Positions 46,591 through 55,815 of a DNA stretch of 64,000 bases are shown in pieces; the stretch's first letter is position 1; each line of letters begins with the position of its first letter. The position numbers were made by a program, and so were the translations under genes. Below the pieces are notes generated by a model. It saw only the letters and a program-made list of their open reading frames with translations. It was not told the origin of the DNA and searched no databases. The stretch spans positions 32,001-96,000 of the IMG/VR virus record IMGVR_UViG_3300025141_013434, one strand, 5' to 3'. The stretch comes from a virus.

Positions 46591-49500
46591 CAGATCTCGA
46601 CTTGTGCGTATCCATTGTTTTTCTCAATTATAATTTGTGAATCTACACAGTCCTTTAACGAATCTAGGTGTGATATAAGTATAACAGTTTTAAAATAAGA
46701 TTTAACCATATCTAAGATTCTGATAAACCCTTCCATGTTCTCCTCGTCGAGGGCAGTTCCTGGCTCATCCAAAATAAAGATATCTGGTTTTGGTAGGCTT
46801 GAAACTGATAACAAGGCCAAGCGGATAGCCATCGAGGCAATTGTCTTTTCTGCACCTGATCCCAATTCCAAAGGCCGATGATCATGTTTGGGGTGTTTTA
46901 TTGATATATCTAATTTGTTTCCGTCGTTTTCGATGAAAATGTCAAAATCAACAATGTTTGTTAGAGTTTTAGCAATTTCAGAATTGATCAATGGCAAACG
47001 CTTCTTAATAATATCGTAAGAAATACCATTTGAATGACAACAGGTCATCAGAAGATCATAGGCGGAATATTCCAAACTTAATTCAGCGATCGTCTCCTTT
47101 TGTTCCTTTAAGGTTTCAAGCTGATGCTCCAGAGATCCATGCTGCCTATAAAGAGAATGAACCTCTTCTCTGCATTTCTCGTGTTCGTGCTTCTTTTCAA
47201 ATCTTTCGTCGAGAACTTGTTCTCGGGTCGAAAGAAGCTGTTCTAAGCTCTCGATTACTTCTCTGTTGCTTTCATATTCTTCAATTTTTTCCTGCAGTTT
47301 TTCTATTTCTATTCTTGTCTTGATTATTTGTGTTTTATTTTTCTCTAAATTTACTTGATTTCTTGCAAGAGAGGTAGCCAAAACAGCTTTCTTTTCAGCG
47401 AGCTTGTCATATTTTGCAAGATAGTCATCTACCTTTGTTGGTTCGAGGTTATTTATTTTCTCGCCGAGAGAGCTAGTTCTAACACAATCGGCAGACATCT
47501 TCTTCTCTGTAATTTGAATTAGGTCATATGCTGCATGAGCATCTTTTATAAACTTACAAGACGGATATTGAGTACCGCATGGAACTTCAGATAGTAAATC
47601 CTGCTTTCTCCTGCTAGTGGTAACAATCTCACTGTTTTTTTCTGTCTCATGTATTAACTTAATAAGTTCTTCCTTGTGCTCCTCAATGAGCACTTTCTTT
47701 TCTTGATAGGAAGAGACATCGAAATTAACTAAAAAGTCGTCTATCTTTTTAAAGCTTTCTTGTTCTGATCTTATATTCTTCTTTAATGAAATTCCGTTTT
47801 CTTCTAAAACGGAGAACATATTCTCTGCAGAAGTCATGTCGTTCTTCGTAGTAATAATATCAATTATCTCTGCTGGAACAGAATCTATTTCCTCTTGTAA
47901 GGATCTCTCTTGAAAATCTAGTGATTCGATTTCTTTCCTTAGGGTTTCACACCTTTCCTTGTTTCTGTCCATCATTATTAAGCTCTTCTCTAGCTCAACC
48001 TCGACTTCTTTGATTTCTTCTATGTAATCCCGGCCTTCAAGCTTTTTAAGGGCACCGCGGGTGTCTTGTGAATCTTCTTTTGCTAATCTAAATTTTCTTT
48101 CAAAAACTTCAAGATCTAAGAACTTTGCAAGAATCTCTTTTCGTTTGGTGGAACCTTCGTTAATAAAAGATAGTGAACCGAGTTGACTAGCCATAGAAGT
48201 CATCAGAAAATCGTCGATAGTGCCAAACAATCTTCGAATATTCTTGTCAGTATCCATCCGAGACAAGCCGTTAAAGCTAATCTTGTTTTCTACAAAATCT
48301 TCACTGTAGAAATCCAAATCAGTTTTTGCCTCCAGGGTCTCTTCTCCATGGAGCCTTTTGGTGTATTTCTCTGAATTCCTCTCTATGATATAATTTTTTT
48401 CTCCAACACCGATGGTCACCTTTCCTATACCATAATCGCTTTGTTGATTAATGATATTAAGATTCTTTCTTATTGACTTGGACGTAGAGTTGTAAATTGT
48501 GTATAAAATGCTATCAATAATCGAAGACTTGCCAGAAAAGTTCTTTCCAAAAATACCAACAATCCCGTTTAAATTTTCAAAGTTTATCTTATTGCCTTCG
48601 CCATAATTAAAAAGATAATCCCACTCAATACTTTTGAGGTTCCAATTAATATTTCTGGACACCTCTTCGCTCTGTTCTATTATTGTATTGTATTTATTAT
48701 TGAGCTGTAGGACTTTTTTCATCACATCCTCTTCTACTTGAAAATCCTTCAAATATTCTTGAATGAGACTTTCCTGCACCTTTACATCTCTCAAGTCTTC
48801 TTGTACGAGACCCCTTGCTGCGTCTTCAACTGAGATGTTTCTTCCGGAGGCTCTGTTCAAATACACTAGAGATTCTGGCTTGAATCGGTGCTTTGCAATT
48901 TCTACCGCACGTCTGATCTTATCAAGAGAGATATTGGTCTTAGATGCCAGTCGTAACCTTGCTCCAAGCGGAATGTCGAGCTTTTTCGGCATACGACCTT
49001 TCGGCGTGAGGTTAATAGTAATGAACGGCTTTGGGTTTGTGAAGGTGATATGATCAACACAATACCTGTCTTTGTCCTCAATATCCCAGAGTAGATAACC
49101 CTTATCTAAAGTTTCGCCAAAATTCTGCTGAACTGTACTGCCGGCATATCGAATACGACCTTCTGGATCTAGGGCTTGGGTCTTATGAATATCGCCGAGA
49201 AACGCATAATCAAACGAATCGAAAATATCGATCTTATGATCTGCAGATTCCATCACCCACCCAATGTCAGTAGAGCAGCTTAAAATTGATCCGTGATAAA
49301 GGGCGATATTGATGCGGTCACTATCAGTTGGATCCATCCAACCATCCTCATCGAAAACGGAAAGAACATTTAAAGAAAAGTCATCACCTAGAAGAACCTC
49401 TCCCGAATTCTTGATCAAATGAAGATCCGGATGATTCATCGCATCCACGATTGGAGTCAATGCATCCTGCCTACTGCTATTTTTTAAATTGCCATCATGG

Positions 49501-49736
49501 TTGCCCAAAATAATATATGTCGGTGCAATGTTTGCTAGATTCCTAAAGAAGTCAGTACATAACTCCACAAACTCTGGAGATATTTGCGTTTTTGTATGCG
49601 CAATGTCACCGCAGTGAACGATATAATCTATTTCTTCTTCTAGTAAGGAATTATATAATTGTTTGAATACTTCCCGGTATTCGTGGTGATATTTTAAGTT
49701 GCGGATATGCGTATCCGCAATATGCGCAAATCGCAT
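46590..49736 (-). CDS. Fused Mre11/SbcD nuclease - Rad50/SbcC ATPase (gp47-gp46 fusion)
   Basis: N-terminal HIADTH, GD, GNHD, HG, LGDIH, YAGS. C-terminal GKNFSGKSS, Q-loop SQ, coiled coil, GSGAE signature, ILDEP, ISH. Confidence 0.92.
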   Translation of the reverse strand: MRFAHIADTHIRNLKYHHEYREVFKQLYNSLLEEEIDYIVHCGDIAHTKTQISPEFVELCTDFFRNLANIAPTYIILGNHDGNLKNSSRQDALTPIVDAMNHPDLHLIKNSGEVLLGDDFSLNVLSVFDEDGWMDPTDSDRINIALYHGSILSCSTDIGWVMESADHKIDIFDSFDYAFLGDIHKTQALDPEGRIRYAGSTVQQNFGETLDKGYLLWDIEDKDRYCVDHITFTNPKPFITINLTPKGRMPKKLDIPLGARLRLASKTNISLDKIRRAVEIAKHRFKPESLVYLNRASGRNISVEDAARGLVQEDLRDVKVQESLIQEYLKDFQVEEDVMKKVLQLNNKYNTIIEQSEEVSRNINWNLKSIEWDYLFNYGEGNKINFENLNGIVGIFGKNFSGKSSIIDSILYTIYNSTSKSIRKNLNIINQQSDYGIGKVTIGVGEKNYIIERNSEKYTKRLHGEETLEAKTDLDFYSEDFVENKISFNGLSRMDTDKNIRRLFGTIDDFLMTSMASQLGSLSFINEGSTKRKEILAKFLDLEVFERKFRLAKEDSQDTRGALKKLEGRDYIEEIKEVEVELEKSLIMMDRNKERCETLRKEIESLDFQERSLQEEIDSVPAEIIDIITTKNDMTSAENMFSVLEENGISLKKNIRSEQESFKKIDDFLVNFDVSSYQEKKVLIEEHKEELIKLIHETEKNSEIVTTSRRKQDLLSEVPCGTQYPSCKFIKDAHAAYDLIQITEKKMSADCVRTSSLGEKINNLEPTKVDDYLAKYDKLAEKKAVLATSLARNQVNLEKNKTQIIKTRIEIEKLQEKIEEYESNREVIESLEQLLSTREQVLDERFEKKHEHEKCREEVHSLYRQHGSLEHQLETLKEQKETIAELSLEYSAYDLLMTCCHSNGISYDIIKKRLPLINSEIAKTLTNIVDFDIFIENDGNKLDISIKHPKHDHRPLELGSGAEKTIASMAIRLALLSVSSLPKPDIFILDEPGTALDEENMEGFIRILDMVKSYFKTVILISHLDSLKDCVDSQIIIEKNNGYAQVEI

Positions 49737-49750
49737 ATAGCCTCCGTATC

Positions 49751-49758
49751 TAAATAGT
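49751..49758 (-). promoter_or_regulatory. Putative late promoter motif ACTATTTA
   Basis: Upstream of the Mre11-Rad50 fusion. Confidence 0.5.
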
Positions 49759-49790
49759 TTTATTTATTATAGGATAGTTTTGTTCTTAAG

Positions 49791-49982
49791 TCAAGAGTTT
49801 TCTTCGTTTAGAAAACCGACAAAACGATTTAGAAAGACCTGCTGGTCCTGAGGTGTAAGGTTGCGAAATTCCTTAATAATATTTTCGGCCATTTCGCTTC
49901 CCGCACTAGATTCTTCAGTCTCCACCATTCTGCTTATCTCTTCTCGAATGATCTGCTTAAGCCTACCTCTAGTGATTTCCAT
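49791..49982 (-). CDS. Small protein with RLKQIIREE motif
   Basis: AGGAGG RBS, 63 aa. Confidence 0.7.
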   Translation of the reverse strand: MEITRGRLKQIIREEISRMVETEESSAGSEMAENIIKEFRNLTPQDQQVFLNRFVGFLNEENS

Positions 49983-49994
49983 GTTCGCGCCTCC

Positions 49995-50924
49995 TTAAAA
50001 ATTTAAGTACTGATATAAGTAGTCAGTATTGTCAACAACAGTCGCCTCTTTCTGCAGTTTTAAGAAAGTCTCTTTTGGCATGTCTCCGACGTCCAAGTAA
50101 GAACCCAAACTTATCTTTCTTACTTCTACATCGTAATCCATCAAATTCTTAACTATCTTTCTTTCTTTGTGTTCTGCATCAGAATCTAAAGCTATATAAA
50201 CCTCTTTGCGACACTTTACAATCTTTCTGAATAATTTTGAGTTTACTCCCAGGCTTGAACCCAAGATAGGAATTGCGTTTTCCGCCCTCATTGCGTCAAA
50301 GACCCCCTCGACCAAAACAACCGGCTCGTCCCAATCAATGTATAAATCGTTGAAAACCACATCGCGACTTACAGGTGGATTTTTATATTTCGGAAAATGA
50401 CCTGCATAAGATCTAGCTATAAAATAATTTAAATCTCCATTCTCATCAAAAGAAGGTATACAAATCCTTTTTGCATAATCTCCAGCATCGCAATATCCTA
50501 TTTTCCATTTCAAGATGTCCTCCCTATCTATACCCCTGCCCTTTAAATAAGACAAGGCATGTCGAGCGCCGAAGGATCCTGTCTTGCCGGTCAGCGTTTT
50601 AAAGGATTCCGGTAAATGAACTATTGACTTTTCCTCTTTTTGAACCTCTGTTGAGAAGATATCTTCGAATCGAGCAAGGTCGACCACTTCTTCGAAAGAA
50701 GCCCACTTAGAATATTCAGAATATGGGGCGTATCGTTTTACCAGTGCAGAAATGTCTATACCTGAGTATCCACAAATCCAGCACTTAAAAACATTTTTAT
50801 CAACATTTACAGATAATTTACGTTTAGAGTGTTCGCACTTCGGGCATTTGAATAAATACTCTTCACCCGTCTTAAAAAATCTTCCAAAAGACCTTTCTAA
50901 GATTTCAACTTTTTCTCTTTCCAT
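49995..50924 (-). CDS. DNA primase (DnaG/gp61-like)
   Basis: CPKC...CWIC zinc finger, YL..RGI, KYKNP, TOPRIM VEGVFD and LDSD. Confidence 0.9.
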   Translation of the reverse strand: MEREKVEILERSFGRFFKTGEEYLFKCPKCEHSKRKLSVNVDKNVFKCWICGYSGIDISALVKRYAPYSEYSKWASFEEVVDLARFEDIFSTEVQKEEKSIVHLPESFKTLTGKTGSFGARHALSYLKGRGIDREDILKWKIGYCDAGDYAKRICIPSFDENGDLNYFIARSYAGHFPKYKNPPVSRDVVFNDLYIDWDEPVVLVEGVFDAMRAENAIPILGSSLGVNSKLFRKIVKCRKEVYIALDSDAEHKERKIVKNLMDYDVEVRKISLGSYLDVGDMPKETFLKLQKEATVVDNTDYLYQYLNF

Positions 50925-51442
50925 TTTAAGAAGCCAGCTTTCGCTATGACCCAGCTGTCGGCTCTATCAAAAGCTCCGGGGCGTGGGTTTCCATGTTTTG
51001 TATATTCTACAACGAAACCGGGTAAAATGTCAAGTACATGTTTCAAAACTTCTTCTTTTGCTTTCGAACCCCTTGGAACCTTTATTTCACAAGCCTTTCT
51101 GGCGGAGGGGGCTGATATGTATTCTGGCTTTATTCCCAAGGATTTAAAACAAATCCAAGATACAATTCCATTAAATCTAGATAAAGTGGATAAAGTCTGC
51201 GCAGACGAAAAGCCGGATCGAAAAGACTGAAGTGATTGTTCTATATAAACCTCTTTTATTTGAAACTTGTGCGACAAGGCAAATATTTGCAATCTTATAA
51301 AATCCGCCTTTTCAAAAAGGTCTTTAAACTTGTTTGCGTTCCTGGTATCCCAACTTTTACAAAAAACTACTTCGCCTTTTTCGTTTAGTATTGTGGCACC
51401 GGTTATGCTCGTCGAAACATCTAATCCCAATATCATTTGCAC
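50897..51442 (-). CDS. RuvC-like Holliday junction resolvase
   Basis: ILGLDVSTSITG, VYIEQ, K....K, DRADSWVIA. Confidence 0.8.
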   Translation of the reverse strand: MQMILGLDVSTSITGATILNEKGEVVFCKSWDTRNANKFKDLFEKADFIRLQIFALSHKFQIKEVYIEQSLQSFRSGFSSAQTLSTLSRFNGIVSWICFKSLGIKPEYISAPSARKACEIKVPRGSKAKEEVLKHVLDILPGFVVEYTKHGNPRPGAFDRADSWVIAKAGFLKWKEKKLKS

Positions 51443-52050
51443 GTCTCATAAATAAATTGAATATATCTCACCATTAGTATTTCTTTCACCTTATCATCTG
51501 CATTATACCATTCCCAAGAGGCTGTAGACTTCATTCCTTTTAATTCTTTTTTTAGTGTTTCTATTTCTTCGTTTAAGATTTCAATTTGGCTATCATCAGG
51601 CGGTGGCAGTTCAACTTTTAGTTTTTCCGAAATCTCGTACAGATCGCTCAAGTTCTTTTTATCCGCGGCTTCTTGAGCTACTTTAAATAATTCCTCTTTC
51701 TCTTTTCTCTCGTTGTCAGTCATTTCGACAAGCTTATCTGGATGGATTTCTTTTGCTATATTTCTGAATATCTTTCTTACTGTACTAGAAGGTGGTTGAA
51801 TTTCTTTTATTTCTTCTTTTTGAACTTCCTCTGCTCTCTTTTTCGAATTGTCTATCATCCCCTTCTTTGTAATATCCTCAAAAACCTTCCTATCTTCTTT
51901 TGAAAGGTTGTTTTTAATAAAATTATTAAAAGCCGAAGCAAAATGGGCTGAAGCAGCTGATGCTAGATCTCTATTTATTTCTAATTTTGCTTTTAAGAAC
52001 TTTAATTCTAAAAGCCGAAGATCGAACTCTTGCTTTGTCACGGAGGGCAT
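51433..52050 (-). CDS. J-domain (DnaJ-like) co-chaperone protein
   Basis: VRKIFRNIAKEIHPDK...EELFKVAQEA, flanked by coiled coils. Confidence 0.75.
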   Translation of the reverse strand: MPSVTKQEFDLRLLELKFLKAKLEINRDLASAASAHFASAFNNFIKNNLSKEDRKVFEDITKKGMIDNSKKRAEEVQKEEIKEIQPPSSTVRKIFRNIAKEIHPDKLVEMTDNERKEKEELFKVAQEAADKKNLSDLYEISEKLKVELPPPDDSQIEILNEEIETLKKELKGMKSTASWEWYNADDKVKEILMVRYIQFIYETCK

Positions 52051-53330
52051 TAAAAATCCAGTTTGAGCTTGAAAGTGTATTCTCTTTCTTCTGTCTTCCT
52101 CACTGGCTTAGCAAGCTTGGCTATACCGATAAGGTTTCTATCTTTATCATACACCCCTATCTTCGAAATGTAAACCTCTTTTTTATATGATCCTGTGGGA
52201 TCCACATATTGAGAATTGTTAAGATTAACAAACTCCAAATCGTCAAATTCTTTAAAATGTTGACTAGAAGTTTGTGGAGTTTTTGATTGATCGAACCTCG
52301 TTACTGTTGGATTTGTTGAATTATTTAATTTGCCGCGGCCCGCATGAGCCATCATCGTTACAGTTGGGATGTAGTTAACTCCCTGATATTCTAGCACGAA
52401 TGCCGAACCTGTCACTACGCCGGCGGCTGTACCGTCAAAAGCACCTGCGCCAAAGTCCGTCCACTTTGGAGTCGAAAAAGCCCCGCCAGTGTACTTATCT
52501 TGAAAATCTGCGTTTATGTTCCAGCTACCAGTAAGTGCAATAAAACCTTCATTGTACAAGACAACGCCAGCAACTTTGTCATTATAAGCAGTAGAAGACC
52601 CGGCAGTGCCGGATACCTGAATTAATTCGCCGTTCTTCTTCTTGTCCGTAATTTCTGCAGCTAAAGCGCCAGTGATATAAAATTTTAAAGATACTGATCC
52701 TTTTCTTATGGAGGATCCGTAAAATATCGAAGGTATCTCTATGAGATTTAGTAACTGGCGGCCCTTGTCCCAGTTTACATCAGGTGGTGCAGCTTCGACC
52801 GATGAGGAAGAAAACAAATAGTGTTTACTGATATTAGAGTAGCTATTGAAAACGTTCTTTAAAGCTAGAATATTTTTCTTACTATTAGCAACCTGGGTGA
52901 CTTCACCTTGCACAAATCTGTCTGTTATCGATGCCGTTGGTGGGCCGACCGCAAAACGAGTCCTGGTTATACTTGCCGTAAGGGGGTAATTACTTTTTAT
53001 AATATCCCCGTAATTGAACTGATTGGCAGAGTCAAATTCACTGGTACTTATTGTCTTAAATGCTGTACGAGCGCCGTTCTTTGTTACGAATGGAAAGATT
53101 GAACCTGAACCAGGAGGTTCTGATGTGCTTTGGTCAATTACCCTGTCTATATTGAGTTCATATAAACTCAAATATCCCTGTGTAGTTGCAAGCTCGTTAC
53201 TAAGGAGTGATTTGCTAGTCTTTATTCCGTCAATATAAACTTTAGAATCGTATATAAAAAAAGATTTTCTGGGATATGCTTTTACTCTGTTGTAGAACAG
53301 GTCTTCTGAATTGAATTTGTAAAGTGGCAT
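52050..53330 (-). CDS. Virion structural protein (baseplate wedge/collar-like)
   Basis: IP...YG..I.KGS, G.V.Y..G, C-terminal YISKIGVYD...LIGIAKLAKPVRK...KLDF. Confidence 0.6.
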   Translation of the reverse strand: MPLYKFNSEDLFYNRVKAYPRKSFFIYDSKVYIDGIKTSKSLLSNELATTQGYLSLYELNIDRVIDQSTSEPPGSGSIFPFVTKNGARTAFKTISTSEFDSANQFNYGDIIKSNYPLTASITRTRFAVGPPTASITDRFVQGEVTQVANSKKNILALKNVFNSYSNISKHYLFSSSSVEAAPPDVNWDKGRQLLNLIEIPSIFYGSSIRKGSVSLKFYITGALAAEITDKKKNGELIQVSGTAGSSTAYNDKVAGVVLYNEGFIALTGSWNINADFQDKYTGGAFSTPKWTDFGAGAFDGTAAGVVTGSAFVLEYQGVNYIPTVTMMAHAGRGKLNNSTNPTVTRFDQSKTPQTSSQHFKEFDDLEFVNLNNSQYVDPTGSYKKEVYISKIGVYDKDRNLIGIAKLAKPVRKTEEREYTFKLKLDF

Positions 53331-53345
53331 AGCATTTCTTAAATC

Positions 53346-54686
53346 TTAATAGTCTAGTCTAACTCTCAGAGTCAGTTCGTTTGTTGGATCTTTTCTAAGC
53401 GGTTCTGACAACTTCGCGGTTGCCATCAATTCATTGTCCGGAGAATATAAGCCAACTGAAGTTATATAAGATACCGGCATATCGCTTGGGCTGTTCTTTA
53501 CCCTTATCTTACTTTCTGTCAAGTAAGTTGGGTTGGAACTATAATTAAACTCATTGTGATTCGCACGACAGAAATAAACTGTTGAATTAAGTTCTGTCGT
53601 GTTGTTGAAAGAGATCTGCTTAATTCTGCGCCTAAGTGCGCTACAACCAGTTTGAATTGTAGAACCCGTCAACATAGAGTATACATCTGCTTGAGCTAAT
53701 GCTGTGATATCAATACCAGCTGCATCTACAATTTGCTTGTGCATCATGCAGCTTGCTGAATTGAGAATACCTCCAGTAAGAGCATATACAGTTGGGTTTC
53801 CGGCCGCTTTGGCATGGTGGCCTCCGCCGGCGGTAGTAGACGCGGTAACAAAGCGATTTACTGCACCGCCGAAGCCGGGCCCAGTGGTCTGGTCCGTTGG
53901 GGCGGCAGCTTTTGCAAAAACTCTAGCATCCAAAACAACAATGCCAGCCTGATAGAATACCAACCCTATATTTCCTGGTTTGGTCGGATGAAGAGAGCCC
54001 GTTGTCGCGCCATGCGCTATAGCGCCGGATGCTTGCGTAGAAGAAGCTGACAATATTCCATATTCACCGGCGGGAGAGTTGATCCTGTAATCGTTTTGTG
54101 CATTTGTATCTTTTACAGTGATTGTTCGACCAGTATATTTTCGTAAATCACCGCTAGTCTCTGAAGGAGAGTCTGGTGAACCATAGTTCGGCGCAACACC
54201 GAGTTCCATGCTGAAGCTGCCTTTCTTTATTTCATCTTTGACCAAAAGCCTTGCAAAACTGATGAAAAATGCTTCATTGATCTTCCCTCTCTGACTATCC
54301 ACAACATCACCGTCTTGATCAAACGCTCTAACGTTTCCGTGCTGATCGTGACCCATAAGAATCTGAGCCATTTGATTGTATATTGCTATCTTTTCTTCTT
54401 GCTCTGTTCTTGCAACTTCCGCAAGAACACCAGATAGTGCCGACCCTGTACTGAACCCAAGAGTTATATCAAAAATGTGATTTGCGGAAGAACTAAGATA
54501 AGGGTAGTCATATACGCTTTGAAACATTTTGTGAGAATAATTCTTAATGTTCAACTCTGTCGAAAGACTACCGTCTTTGTTGTAAGTCCCGGAAACAAGA
54601 GACCCGGTAATCGGTATTGCCTCGTGCAACAAAGTCTTTGTTGTTACGATGTCACTGTTTAGGAAGGGTTTGAAAGTTGTCGCCAT
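53346..54686 (-). CDS. Virion structural protein (paralogous C-terminus to 52050-53330)
   Basis: IKKGSF, G.VFYQAG, EFNYSSNPT, YITSVGLY..DNELMATAKLSEPLRK...RLDY. Confidence 0.6.
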   Translation of the reverse strand: MATTFKPFLNSDIVTTKTLLHEAIPITGSLVSGTYNKDGSLSTELNIKNYSHKMFQSVYDYPYLSSSANHIFDITLGFSTGSALSGVLAEVARTEQEEKIAIYNQMAQILMGHDQHGNVRAFDQDGDVVDSQRGKINEAFFISFARLLVKDEIKKGSFSMELGVAPNYGSPDSPSETSGDLRKYTGRTITVKDTNAQNDYRINSPAGEYGILSASSTQASGAIAHGATTGSLHPTKPGNIGLVFYQAGIVVLDARVFAKAAAPTDQTTGPGFGGAVNRFVTASTTAGGGHHAKAAGNPTVYALTGGILNSASCMMHKQIVDAAGIDITALAQADVYSMLTGSTIQTGCSALRRRIKQISFNNTTELNSTVYFCRANHNEFNYSSNPTYLTESKIRVKNSPSDMPVSYITSVGLYSPDNELMATAKLSEPLRKDPTNELTLRVRLDY

Positions 54687-54701
54687 TTATACAGTCCTTT
54701 T

Positions 54702-55739
54702 TTATGAAGTTCCAGACTTCTTAAGATATCTAATTGGAACATCAATCGATGCCCCCGTTGTTGCTGCCGTTATTCTAATGTACGTGTCTATGTAGAGATA
54801 TGTCTTCGATCCCCGAAAACCCGGGCACGCGCCAGATGTATCTTCGACCGAGGTAGCGCCGGTTGTAGTTTTTGAACTTCCAAGTTTCTCAAATAAGTAA
54901 GTGGAAGTTTGAAGATTGGTGCTTGGTTGTATCTTGAAATTAAGCATTTTTCCTCGGGGTCCACGCATGCGATGCCTAGTATGAGCACCACTGGTGTCGG
55001 TGCCGGTGCCGCGAATGCCGTCGAAGGGGTCGCCAATCAATCCATTATTGGCGGCATTTGCACTCAAATAATAAGAAGCAATTTGATCATCGTCAATAAA
55101 AGAAACAGGTACCTGACTGCCGGCAGGGTCGAGAAGATGACCTAGTCTGTCGTCCATCTCAACAATGAATTGGTTTTCCTGCAAGTCAATCGGGAGATTA
55201 ATCGCCGGAGATATTTGTGTCGTATCTAATCCTGATTCTATCATTATGGAATTGGTAGTTGGGCCCTGGGCCTGAGCCCCTAGCAGAATACCCTTACTTC
55301 TGACGTTTGCATTGATCAGGGATTTTTGGACATCCTCCGTATTCGGATCAACTGTTACAATGTAATATCCGCCGCCTTGCTCATTCGCGCCGGCTGCGGT
55401 GGTTTGACCGGAAGTACCAACGTTCTCCTTCCTGTACCCTCCATTATGAATTTTAAGAACGGGGAGGTGCAGAGCATTAGTTCTTGTGATTGTCATGAGC
55501 TTTGACTTCATCGCAGATGTGTTGTTCGTGAAAGCTTCCAAGATCGGAGTTTTTAAGACCTCCAAATCGTAGTAGGCAGAACCACTTGGATGACTTCTGT
55601 TGAAGAGAGAATAGTCTATCTCATCATCACCAAGGGCAAATTTTGTAATTTTAAAATCGCCGCGGGCCATTCGAAATCGGCCTGTGTCCGTAAGAACTGC
55701 ATCGAGGAGGATATCTCCTGAATTATCAAGAAACGCCAT
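54702..55739 (-). CDS. Virion structural protein
   Basis: N-terminal LDAVLTDTGR..MARGDFKITKFALGDDEIDY. Late motif and AGGAG RBS. Confidence 0.6.
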   Translation of the reverse strand: MAFLDNSGDILLDAVLTDTGRFRMARGDFKITKFALGDDEIDYSLFNRSHPSGSAYYDLEVLKTPILEAFTNNTSAMKSKLMTITRTNALHLPVLKIHNGGYRKENVGTSGQTTAAGANEQGGGYYIVTVDPNTEDVQKSLINANVRSKGILLGAQAQGPTTNSIMIESGLDTTQISPAINLPIDLQENQFIVEMDDRLGHLLDPAGSQVPVSFIDDDQIASYYLSANAANNGLIGDPFDGIRGTGTDTSGAHTRHRMRGPRGKMLNFKIQPSTNLQTSTYLFEKLGSSKTTTGATSVEDTSGACPGFRGSKTYLYIDTYIRITAATTGASIDVPIRYLKKSGTS

Positions 55740-55815
55740 ATTGTATGCTCCTAGTTTTTTTTACTAGAATAATTAGGATTCTAATCAAATAAAATTCTAA
55801 TTATTTGTCCATTTA

